From Vitrella brassicaformis CCMP3155 (Eukaryota > Protista > Chromerida): DNA of 64,000 bases. The notes below the pieces were generated by a model. It was not told the origin of the DNA. It saw nothing but the letters and a program-made list of their open reading frames with translations, and did not search any database. How positions within the stretch are numbered: position 1 is the first letter of the stretch; each line of letters opens with the position of its first letter. The stretch spans positions 1 through 64,000 of the forward strand of contig CDMY01000461.1 in assembly GCA_001179505.1 (NCBI GenBank), read 5' to 3'. This document shows, in pieces, positions 23,620 through 35,452 of the stretch. The position numbers were made by a program, and so were the translations under genes.

Positions 23620-25900
23620 ATCTGACCCGTGTCAGTCGTACGGTATATGCATTAGTTGACCAGACGCAGTCAGTTGTGGTGGGGTGGGCTTGCGTGGGGA
23701 GGGGAGGCGTTCTGTGCTGTGCTGTGCTGTGCCACCCACCAGTGGCAGGCAGCCCAGCCACACGTCTGCCTGTCTGTCTACCCACGCCCTTGCAATGCCT
23801 ACCTGCATCCACGTAACACTCCCACAGACGGACGGACCGCTTCTCGTAGCTACCTACCTATCTCCGTCGGCCTGTCTGTCTGGCTGTCTGTCTGGCTGTC
23901 TTGGCTGATGAATGTGTGATGTGTTTTGATTCTGTCCGTCTGGCTGGCTGTCGGTCTGTATGTGTGTGAGCATGCGCCAGAGAGGGCACAACAGACACAC
24001 ACCCAAACACACACACACACTCACCACCAATCGAAGGGGAGGGAAGGAACGATGAATGGATCAACGGCACCACACATGCCGTGACACTCACAGGGGGATG
24101 GATGGATGGATGGATGACACAGTCTGTCTGCATCGATTTATGGTGTCTGTTGTCTGTCGTGTGCTGCATGGGTGTGGTGTGCTGCAATGCAATGCACGTT
24201 TGGCTGACTGACCGATTTGTCGTCTGATGCCCTTTGTCTGTCTGGAGTGCACACTGTGATTTATGTCTGTCGTGGAGTGGACGCCTTTCTTTCTTTTTGA
24301 TGCCGTTTAGTGTGTGTGCCGGTGCGGATGGATGGATGGATGGATGACTGTTGTGCGGGCGGGAGTGCCTTGCCAGGTCTGGACAGACAAGACGAGACGA
24401 GAAGGGATCGAGACATGCATGGGATGGCGGGAGGGGTGGTCTCACGTTTCCTTTCAGACGGCCACACGATGAGCGAGGCAGACAGACAGACAGACGGACT
24501 GACGGACGGACGGACAAATAGCTCGGCTGGTCGGTGGGATATATGGGTGGGAGATGAGATGGATGCGATGCCAAGTGTGGGGTGGTGGCTGTCGCGGGTT
24601 TCATTTTGTCGTCGTCGACCTATCGGTTTTTTTCGCCACGGATGGTTGGCCTGTCTTCTTTTGGAGAGTGTCCCTTGTTCTTCCTTTCTTGTGGGTGGGT
24701 GGGTGGGTGGGTGGATGGCTGTCGTCGTTTGTCGGTCGGTCTCTTTTGAGTGGGATGGAATACGCACCGCAGTCAGTCAGCGCATTCCCTCGCCCGTCAG
24801 CCAGCCAGTCAGTCAGCCAGTCCACTGCTGCCCTGACCTTGCCGTTCTCCAGGAGATAGCGGGGGATTGATGGGTAGCGGTGGATCGACGGGCAGGGCAG
24901 GGCAGGGCGGGGGCAATGCAATGCAATGCGGGGCAATGCGTGTTGGTGTTTGTTCGTTTTCTCCCCACACCGCCTCGCAATTAGTTAACCAGTCAGCCCA
25001 TTACACACATGCTGCTTTTTCCTTCCTCTGGCCGCTTCCTTGAAGAGCTGAGGAGAGGGGCAGCGATGGACAAAATCCATGAGGCTAAGGTTCAGTCTGT
25101 CGGTCGGTCGGATGGATGGATGGGGGCACGGGTGCAGTCAGTCAGTCAGTCAGTGTGTTTGCCGTCGGTCGTCGATCCGTTGGGGCCAGTCAGTCAAGGG
25201 AAGTCAGTGTGTCCGTCGATATGTATATCTTTCCCTTTCCCTTTGTCACTCTGTCTGTCGACTCACTTGGTGTGTGGGTGCGGGGGGTCCACTCCGCGCT
25301 GTGATGTTTTCCTTTCCTTGTCGCTCGGCTCGGGTGCTTTGTTTGTTCGGTGACGCGTCTGTCTTCTTTTTGGAGAGAGAGTAAATGTGTCAAGCGCGTG
25401 AAATGTGGAAGCGAGCGTCCATTCATCCATCCATCCATCAATCGCCTCGTGTGGCACCACAGCCAGCCCATCGACCACCCAGTCAGTCAGTCAATCTGCT
25501 CGTCTGCTCGTCTGTCTGTCTGTCTGTCTTGCCCACACATACAGTAGCCAAGCCCCTCCCTCTGATAAACAGCCAGCCAAGCCCCTCTCTCTCCCTGTTT
25601 CCGTGTGCGTCTATATTGTCTGTGTCTGTCTGTCGGTGTGGGTGGCCTGGCCTGCAGCCAAGCACCCACGCCAGACAGACAGACAGATTCAATCAAGGGG
25701 GCGGGGGAGTCGAGTGCGTCTGCACAGTGTGTGTGTGTGCACACGGCATGGCTGTCTGTCTGTCTGTCTGTCTGTGGCAAAGTGGCTGGGTGGGAGTGAC
25801 GTGTGCGCGCAATGATGGTGTTTGATGCAGGGAGTGTGTGTTGGCTTGACTGACGGCAAGTGTGCGATCGATGAGCGCCGACGAAGACACGACAGTGTGT
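23620..25900. repeat. Microsatellite-dense non-coding region
   Basis: Arrays of GGAT/ATCC, GACA/TGTC, CAGT, GGGT, GGGCA and GCAAT. No credible coding frame. Confidence 0.75.
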
Positions 25901-26321
25901 GACTGGTTGGTCGATGCAGAGGGATGGAATACCCACAAATGTCAGTACTAGAGGTGCTTGCAGGCACCGATGCGTCGCGTCGAATCCTTTTCATGTCAGA
26001 GGGTCTCTCTCTTACAAAGGTCTCCATCCCGCCATCCATGGCCATTCATTCGATAGAGCACCGGTCCATCCAATGCATTGCAACGACATGTTCACTCATC
26101 AACACAGTGCCGTCGACCGGATGGAAATTCCGCTCCTCCAGCGGCCATTCGATCCCCCGCTGCGTAGGAATCAGACGACTCGCATCGACACAAGCCGCAC
26201 CAAACCGACACAGAGAGCGGGTGAAAGAGCTGCTGGAGGAACAGTGTCAGTCTTCCACCCAGGCGACAAGACGCAAAGGACGAGACAGACACCCAGGCAA
26301 AGAAAAGACACATCAGGACGT

Positions 26322-26621
26322 NNNNNNNNNNNNNNNNNNNNNNNNNNNNNNNNNNNNNNNNNNNNNNNNNNNNNNNNNNNNNNNNNNNNNNNNNNNNNNN
26401 NNNNNNNNNNNNNNNNNNNNNNNNNNNNNNNNNNNNNNNNNNNNNNNNNNNNNNNNNNNNNNNNNNNNNNNNNNNNNNNNNNNNNNNNNNNNNNNNNNNN
26501 NNNNNNNNNNNNNNNNNNNNNNNNNNNNNNNNNNNNNNNNNNNNNNNNNNNNNNNNNNNNNNNNNNNNNNNNNNNNNNNNNNNNNNNNNNNNNNNNNNNN
26601 NNNNNNNNNNNNNNNNNNNNN
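26322..26621. other. Scaffold gap (300 N)
   Basis: Run of N. Confidence 1.
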
Positions 26622-27341
26622 CGAGCGTCCATTCATCCATCCATCCATCAATCGCCTCGTGTGGCACCACAGCCAGCCCATCGACCACCCAGTCAGTCAG
26701 TCAATCTGCTCGTCTGCTCGTCTGTCTGTCTGTCTGTCTTGCCCACACATACAGTAGCCAAGCCCCTCCCTCTGATAAACAGCCAGCCAAGCCCCTCTCT
26801 CTCCCTGTTTCCGTGTGCGTCTATATTGTCTGTGTCTGTCTGTCGGTGTGGGTGGCCTGGCCTGCAGCCAAGCACCCACGCCAGACAGACAGACAGATTC
26901 AATCAAGGGGGCGGGGGAGTCGAGTGCGTCTGCACAGTGTGTGTGTGTGCACACGGCATGGCTGTCTGTCTGTCTGTCTGTCTGTGGCAAAGTGGCTGGG
27001 TGGGAGTGACGTGTGCGCGCAATGATGGTGTTTGATGCAGGGAGTGTGTGTTGGCTTGACTGACGGCAAGTGTGCGATCGATGAGCGCCGACGAAGACAC
27101 GACAGTGTGTGACTGGTTGGTCGATGCAGAGGGATGGAATACCCACAAATGTCAGTACTAGAGGTGCTTGCAGGCACCGATGCGTCGCGTCGAATCCTTT
27201 TCATGTCAGAGGGTCTCTCTCTTACAAAGGTCTCCATCCCGCCATCCATGGCCATTCATTCGATAGAGCACCGGTCCATCCAATGCATTGCAACGACATG
27301 TTCACTCATCAACACAGTGCCGTCGACCGGATGGAAATTCC

Positions 27342-27409
27342 GCTCCTCCAGCGGCCATTCGATCCCCCGCTGCGTAGGAATCAGACGACTCGCATCGACA
27401 CAAGCCGCA
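27342..27409. repeat. Conserved ~70-bp element downstream of BTB paralogue 2
   Basis: Matches 15718-15787. Confidence 0.85.
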
Positions 27410-27658
27410 CCAAACCGACACAGAGAGCGGGTGAAAGAGCTGCTGGAGGAACAGTGTCAGTCTTCCACCCAGGCGACAAGACGCAAAGGACGAGACAGAC
27501 ACCCAGGCAAAGAAAAGACACATCAGGACGTCAACTGTCCCCCCCTCCTCCCTTCTACCCCCTCCTCCCTGTCTACCCCCTCCTCCTCACACACACATAT
27601 ATAGAGGGAGGGACGAATGCACACGCTGCTACGCATCGCCAGCTGCAGGGCCACCTGA

Positions 27659-28883
27659 TCACCCAAAAGACAACACAACACAACACAACACACCAATCAA
27701 GCCAAGCCCGTGTTGGTGCAGGAGTGAATGACGGGCGCGCCTCAGGTACCTACCTTGCTGCTGCAGCACTCGTACTATCTCCCTAACGGCAGCGAGCCTC
27801 CTCTCCTCACGCTCTATCTGCAGCTTCTTGCGGTCCGCCACAGGCCCGATCCGTGTGCCTGGCGGCTGGCGTCTGTCACACCCTGGGCGCTCCAACTCAC
27901 AGTGCAGGAAGCCGATACGACCTGAATCAATCGGACATACACATACGCGCACAGGCCATCCATCCATCCACTCTTTCTCCGGTGGGGTGCGTACGTGAGA
28001 TGTCGTCCCTGGCGTCGTCCAGTCTGTCGATGACCGTCTGCCACCACGCAGCGGGCATCTCCCCCATCAGCTTCTGCACCTTCCCCGCCCCCTGACCCGC
28101 CCCCTGGCCCGTACACCCCTCCATCACGGTCTCATACACCACCCACCCCACCACCTTGTTCTTGATGGCCTTGTCGTTCTTCAAGGCCGGCTTCTCGCGC
28201 AGGACCAAGGCCAACACGCCGGCCAGGTGCAGGGCCTCACTCCCGCCGCCGATTGTGGGGTGAGAGGGGGGAGGGGCAGGCTGTGAGGGGGGACGGGCAG
28301 GCTGTGATGCGTACGTGTGGGCCGGCAGGCTGGGAAACTCGGTGGGGTATCCATCATCAGCAACGTCAAGGGGGGAGCGGGGAGTGGGAGTGGGGGAGGG
28401 GAGTGGGGAGTCGGGGAAGTGGGGGGGAGTGGGGACTATGGGGAGGGCCTTGCTTGGGGGGCCAAGAGGAGGTGAGTCGAAGTGCTCCATGATGCGGTTG
28501 AACAGCAAGTCGGCGTAGTTGTCCATCCCGAGGTAGTTACAGGCGACCCACAGGTGCAGCAGGCCCGTCTTGGCCGCCTCGTCGTCCGACTGGTCCGCCG
28601 CCGGCAGCGGGGTGGCTCCGGGGAGGCTGCGGATGTGCTCGTTGAGCTTGCGGCCATCGGTCATGCCGCGCAAAAAGGCGAAATTGATGAGCTCGCCGAA
28701 CGTGTTGGGGTGAATGTTGGGCAGCGTGATCGTGTGGGTCTCCCGCTCAGTGCAGTTCATATGGCCCTCCAACATGCGCTTGAAAAACGGCGACATGCTC
28801 ACGAGCAGCGACTTCTTCTCGTAGAAGACCTCCTTCTTGAGGCCGACAATGAGCTTCACCAAGACCTCCTCCTTGTGCGCCAT
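27659..28883 (-). CDS. BTB/POZ-like domain protein, paralogue 2 (3' end uncertain)
   Basis: MAHKEEVLVKLIVGLKKEVFYEKKSLLVSMSPFFKRMLEGHM...LPNIHPNTF...ACNYL. High similarity to paralogue 1. Confidence 0.75.
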
Positions 28884-29373
28884 CCTGAGGCTGGGCGGCT
28901 ACTCCGTCAGATGGTGCAAACCTGCAGGCAGACACCAACCACAGCAGCAACGACATCTATGGAACGACATCCATGCATCCATCCAACGTCACGCATTCGT
29001 TGCTCACCCTTGGCGAGATGTCGCCGTCGTGGTTCGATATCAGCAGCAGTGCTGTGCTCGCTGCTGCCAGCTGTATGGCTCGGCTTACAGCAGAGAGGGG
29101 CACATGAGCGATGGCAGGTGGCGCAACGTCGTCAAAACAGAGGCTGGGCGGCTGGTTGACTCATCAGAAGCCGCCAAAACACCTTCCTGCGCCTGCCAGC
29201 TACTATCACCGGTCCCCGACCGGCTGCTCAGAGCTGCGAGCTTGGCGATCTTCCCTCGAAGGTGATTTCTCTTTGGTTTGTCCTGTCTGTATGCCTGGTG
29301 CCTCACTTCTGAGAAAGCACATGTGAAAAACGACTTCGCCGCGTTCCATCTCTTCCCGGCTGCGCCATTCACA

Positions 29374-32300
29374 ATGGATCACACCAACGGGCTGCTGCAC
29401 CATGCCGATGCGTTCGTCCGGCATGTCGGGTCACTGTCGCCGTCTGAGCAAGAAGCAGTGCTCACGCAAGTGCTGGCCAGCCTGAAGGAGGGCGACTTCC
29501 AGGACGCGCTGCGGTCTGTCTACACGCTGCAGAGCTACAACGACGAGGGTGAAGATGTGCCGGCACGGCTGTGGGATGTCTGGTCCGTGCCGATCTACTG
29601 CTTCATTCTCGACCTGTGCGAGTATGTGGTGGAGAAAAACCCGGTGAGCACACAGACACAGACAGACAGACAGGGAGGGTCAGTGGTGCGTCCGGTGGTT
29701 CATTCACCGCTGCTGTGCTTGCTTTGTTTGCTTGTTTGCTTGTTTGCTTGTTTGCTTGTGTGTGTGTGTGTGTGTGTGTGTATCACTCAGGAGGCTCGTC
29801 CCGGCTCGACGGTGACGATAACTCTAGAGGAGAACTACTTTGCGTCGTATGTGCACATCTACACGCTGATTGAGAAGTGCCTCGTGCCGCACACCATCTA
29901 CCGCGACACTGACAGCCGCCGCCGCATCATGAGCCTGGTGAGCCGCATGCTGGAGAACAGCAAGCGCCGGAAGAAGATGCGCTTCGCCCGGATGTTCGAG
30001 AACCGCGTCGTGACGCTCCTGTACTCGCTCTCCGGCATTTCGGTGAGTGAGCAGGGCGGGGAATCACACATCACACAGCATACTATACCCGCTGGGTATG
30101 GTGGTCATTTCATTGGATCATGTGTGTGGTGTGTCGTGTGTGGTTGGTCAGAACATCTCGCGTCTGTTCCCGCCCAAGGCCAACCTGCGCAAGGCGCTCG
30201 AGCAGGAGATCAACACCTTCGTGGTCAGCAGCGCCGTCAAGGAGGATGACAGAGCCGCATGGGCCAAGGTACACACACACACATACACACACACACACAC
30301 ATACACACCAGCCACACCAGCCGCCACGTAACGTTACTTACTTTGCCCTCCTTCCTTGTCTTGTTTTGGCAGACGATTGGCCGCATCCGGGAGGCGGTGA
30401 GCACGCTGTTCCACACGGACGCGCTGCTCTACGGGTCGGTGGTGTCGGGCCTGGCCACCTCGGGCAGTGACGTCGACATGGTGGCGATCCTCCCCCGTGC
30501 AGAGGTGCAGAAGCTGATGGTGGGTGCGCCCAGCCACGCCTACATCGAGATGCACCGGCAGCACAAGTGGCACATCAGCAAGCGCATGATTGAGGAGGCC
30601 GACCTGCGGGCGCGGGCGTGCAACAAACTGGGGGAGTATCTCAAGGACGTGAGTGAGACGGGCGGGACGGAGGGAGGGAGGGATGGTGCAGACGGACACA
30701 TCGCATCGATGTGTGTGTATGTGTGTGTGTGTCAGCATTACAGCGGTGACATGAAGGTCGACGTCGCCAGCACAGCGCGCGTGCCAGTGGTGCGCTGCTC
30801 GCCTTTGGTACGCAGGCCAACCACACACACTCACACACACACCAATCGCCACACCCTCACTCATGCGCCTGTGGGTCTGTCTGTGCGCGCAGCCGAGCTG
30901 GGGCAGTTCCAGCCAGGACACCTGGGGAGCGGCTTCAACTGAGTGGGGATCGTCCAGCTGGGGTCCCCCCAAGACGAGCAGCAACGGCAGCGACGACAGC
31001 CGAAAGGTACCCACACGCACACACACATGACGGGCACACGACGCACAGACGCATGTGCGCGTGCGTGCGTGTGTGTGTGTGTGTGGTCAGGAGGATGGCA
31101 AGGCCGCTGGTGCGGTTGACATCACGTTCGAGAACCCTTTGGGCATCCACAACTCTAAGCTCCTGCGCGCCTACTTCGAATCAGCACCACTCGTCAGGAA
31201 ACTCGGTGAGCAGACGCATGGTGCTCTCATGTCATGTGTGTGCGGCACACACATGACGTCACAACTCGACCGGCAGAGATGTGCAGGTAATGTGTGTGCG
31301 TCTGCCTGTGTGGGTGTGTGGCGGTCTGTCTGTCAGCGTTGTTCGTGAAGAAGTGGGTGAAGGCCCGCGGTTTGTGTGACACAACTAATGGGTATTTGTC
31401 GTCGTACGCCTGGTCTCTCCTCGTGGTCTTCTACATGCAAGTCAGGTGAGACTCGTGAGATAGACAGTCGGCCTAACTGAGTGACAAGGGCACACACACA
31501 CACACACACACCAGCTCCGGCTCAATCATGTGTGCCTCTGTCTCAATGTGTGTGTGTGTGTGTCACAGGCGTCCCCCTCTGCTGCCGAATCTGCAGAAGC
31601 CTCGTGACGGCGGTGCTGCCGGCGAGGAGATCGTCGAGACCTACGACTTCCTCAAACACGCTGACATCAAACACAACGTCTGCAGCCACACACACGCCCC
31701 ACACATCCATCCATCCATCCATCCTACCTTTTCATCAGGTGTGGTTCGACGATCCGCCGCTGGACGAGTCGCGCCCGTCGTCCCGCGCCACGCAGCTGAG
31801 CAGCTCCTTCCCCTCGGAGCGTGTCTCGTCGTCCATGTCGACGGGCGTGCCGAGTGATGTCGAGGGCGAGGAGGCCTCAGAGGCGGAGAGCGAGCGTGAG
31901 AGGCTGTGCAAGGTGGAGGCCTATGTCAAGGACGCCAAAGACGAGCTCGAAATGCTCAGAATCAACAGGTGGGTGGGAGAGAAGGGTGGGTGAGGAGAGG
32001 GAGAGGGAGAGGAGGGTGGGGTGCATGCATTGCAGTGCATGGGTGGGTGTCTTGTTGGTCGCTCGTTCCTTCAGACGTCGTATCAATTCATACGCCGGCA
32101 ACGTCGAGGGCCTCACACTGCCCGACCTCCTCTATGAGTTCTTCAAGTGAGCGACCCACAAACCAAACCCACACACAGACACATCACATAACATCCTCCC
32201 CTCTCCATCTGATCGGCACTGCATGGATATCGTCAGGTTCTACGCCTGCCAGTTCAACGCGCACAAGTGCATCGCCTCCATCCGGCTCGCCCCGGCCCTC

Positions 32301-34400
32301 ATGTCCAAGCCCGAGTACATTCGCATGTACCGCCGCGAGCGTCAGTACACCAAGCGCCCCGACTCGGACGGGCCAGCCTGCCCCGACATCCAGGTTGCCA
32401 AGAGCACCCTCTTCAGCGACTTCGCCAACATCGGTGGCGGCCAGATCGACGAGAGCGGTGACGAGAAGGAGGAGATGGACAGAGGGGAGGGGCAGGAGGA
32501 CGGTGGTTTCGATAAGGAGGGGACGCCTGCAGATGTTGGAGACAAGGAGGAGGTGAGCGACGCGGAAGAAAGAGTGAACTTCATCCATATCATCGGTCCG
32601 TCTCTGTGTGTCGCTGTGTCTGCAGAAGGGTGGTTGCGAGGAGGAGGGGGAGGCAGAGAACCGCGAGGAGAGTGTGGAGCCGCCCATGTTCCTCTCCCTC
32701 GACTATTGGAAACGATTCCAGGTGGGCACATGCACAGTGTACACACGCGCCGCGCCCAGATGATGCACTGCACACGACAGAGCGCTATGGTCACTCACCT
32801 GCTGCCGCATGTATGTGTGTCTTGCTTGTCAGGACATGTGTGTTGAAGATCCCATTGAGACCGATCGCATCCTCGCCTGCGACCGACAGGTACGGTACCT
32901 ACCTGACCTGCATTGATCCATCTGCCCACCTGATGCACGTGTCCCCTTCGCCCGCCTTCGCTTCTCCAGGGGCAGGAGCGCATGGCGTTTGAGTTCCGTC
33001 GTGCCCTCATGCTGCTCGCCACCGGCCAGCCCATCAGCCGCATTGCCGAGGAGTTCAACCCGCCCGTCGACCCCAATCGCCGTGGCGCACCCCGTGGTCC
33101 AGATGAGACCGTCCCGCACTATCCCCCCTCACCGGACATGCTGCTGCCGCCGCCCGAGGCTGTTGTGCAGCCACAGCCCGCCCCGTCCCCGTCGCCCCCA
33201 CGCAAGGAAAAGGACAAGGACAAGGAGAAAGACAAGGACAAGGAGCCCAAGGAGAAGCAGCAGGTCCAGACCAAGAAGGCCCCTGCGGCTGCCAGCGCTT
33301 CTTCCGGCAGCAAGCAGGGCGGCAAGGCGGACAAGGGCATGCAGAAGGGCAAGGCCTCGGCCACAGCGAGGCAGCAGCCATTCCCTTCTCTCGTCTCTGC
33401 TCCCCAGCCTACCACCCCTCCCCAGCCCCCTCCCCCTCCATCCATGCCACATCCGGCTCGTGGTCTGTTCGGTCCTTCGCCCTCGCCCTCGCCCCCTGGC
33501 AGAATGGCGGGCCGCGGCATTCTTCCTGCCGGCATGGGTCATGGCGTGCCCCCTCAGCCGCAGCAAAGCTACCCTCCCCCGACCATCATCAGCCCCCCAC
33601 CCTCGCTGATCGCCCCACCCCCACAGCAGCAGCAGTACTACAACGTGTCGCAGGCCCAAGGCCTCATGGACCAGCTCATGGGCATGCAGCAGCAACAGCA
33701 GCCCCTGCAGCAGCAGCAGCAGCAGCAGCAGCCGGCGGGAGATGGCGGGACGTCCAAGCGCAAGAAGGGTGGTGCTTGGCAGGTGCCGTCGCCACCACAG
33801 CCGCTGGCGGGTCAGGAGCCCCCATTCCGTCCCGTATCCTTGCAGACGGTGCCTGAGCCGGAGCCATTCGTCCGCTTCACGTCCCACACCTCCACCCTAC
33901 CCCCTCCCCCATCCACCGAGACCTCTGTCGCGCCACAGAAGAAGCCACGAGGCAAGACCACGAACCGCTTCAGGCAGCAGCAGCAGCTCAACGACATCTC
34001 AGAGGAGCCCGTTGATGAAGTTGCAGTCACCAAGAGCGACGCCGGCGACCGAGCTGCCGAGTCCTTGTATGCCACCCCCGAGCGGCCGCAGGGTGGGGGT
34101 GGTCTCAATCGGGCCATGTCTGAGCGGGGCAGTGTGTCGCCGGGTCCGATCCTGCTGCGGCATGCGCATGGAGTGTTCGCCGGCATGGGTGTGAAGCCGA
34201 GCGAGGGCAAGGAGGGCGAGGATGGGGTGAACAAGGAGGGTGAGGACGGTGGTGTGAGCAGAGGCGTGTCGTCGAGTGCAAGTGCATCAGGGAGTGCAGA
34301 GGGCGGGGAGGGAGAGGCCAAGGGGAAGGGCAGAAGGTCTGGTGGCTGGTTGTCGTTCTTCGGTGGTGGTGGTGGTGGTGGCAAGAAGGGCAAAGAGTGA
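29374..34400 (+). CDS. Cid1/GLD-2/TUTase-family polyribonucleotide nucleotidyltransferase with long Pro/Gln-rich tail (multi-exon)
   Basis: LYGSVVSGLATSGSDVDM (Pol-beta GS..DxD motif), ARVPVV, VDITFENPLGIHNSKLLRAY, FVKKWVKARG..GYLSSYAWSLLVVFYMQ, LLYEFF.FY. Confidence 0.88.
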
Positions 34401-35452
34401 GTCTTGAGTGAGTCAGAGAGTCATGCTTGAGTGATACAGGCACCATACACACAGATCATCAGAGTGAGACACTGCCTTTGTTTGAGTGAGAGGTGGGTGC
34501 GTTGGGGATGGGTGCATCGGGTTGATCCTGATTGAGTTGTTCGTTGCAAGGAGACTCTTTCGTGTGTTGACGTGTTGTTCCTGTCCATCATGCGCATGAG
34601 TGTGTTCGTCGGATTCGTCGATCCAACGAAACACGCTTGTACGCACGATGGTGAGGGACTGCACTGCGACACGTCGGACCGCTCAACACGTCACGACTGC
34701 CGCCTGGTCGGGAAACCCTAACAGATGGCCCCAAACCAGCAGCTCGCACTCCCTTTCGCTCGGTCCTCAACTTGTTCGCGACGGCGCCTGGCGGCTCTAT
34801 GCCCCGGATACTCACATGGGGAGAGTGAGGGCAAGTACACAACCAGCCCCGGCCCCACCTACAGAAGAACAAGGTGATGAACGTCAAGGCCCATCCATCA
34901 ACACTGGTCTCTGTCCACGGTGCCGTCGAGTAGCCACAGAGCCTATCGAGCGCATCGTCATTGCAACTGGGCTGAGAGGCTCGGTGTTGCGGCCTCGCCA
35001 CTGCAGTGGGCCTTGCCGTCTGTGAGTGAGTGGAGGAAGGATAAGGATGCGTGTGCGGTGGGGGTCGTCTCTGATTGGCCTTGCTGTTTCGCTGGGGGTC
35101 CGCATGACTGTGGCTGAGGTCGTCAAGCCATCAGAAGACTTCTCGTGTCACGGTACGCACTGTACGCCATCTCTGCAATAACCTCTGCAATGGATCCTCA
35201 TTCCGGTGTCCGTACTGACATGCAGATTGCACTGCTCACGCGGATCTGCGTCTTGTCAAGCCTGGCGCCCAGGCGGACATTGCGTCAAAGTGTTTCTCCC
35301 CTGCTCCCCCTTCCTTCCTTGAATCGTCTTCTCTCGAGTCATCGGTCATCCCCCACACCGGCCCCTCACACACAAGACGGAGAAAGAAACATGACGCCGG
35401 CTCTTTCTCTCATGCGGCTCACAAACGCTCTCTCGACGCTACCGTTGGGTAG

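Larger units (their letters stand above)
25412..27531 (+). repeat. 910-bp apparently identical direct duplication flanking gap 3 (probable assembly artefact)
   Basis: 25412-26321 matches 26622-27531, separated only by the 300-N gap. Confidence 0.9.

Noticed and set aside
18681-27035. Long ORFs containing X runs
   Set aside because: They are artefacts of translating through the N gaps.
25412-27531. 910-bp direct duplication as a real tandem repeat or LTR pair
   Set aside because: The copies look identical and abut a standard 300-N gap, which is typical of unmerged contig overlap. There are no TG..CA LTR ends or internal coding sequence.
34588-35126. ORFs upstream of the PAN protein as a separate gene
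   Set aside because: No recognisable motifs or convincing splice chain. They could be UTR or an unresolved 5' exon.
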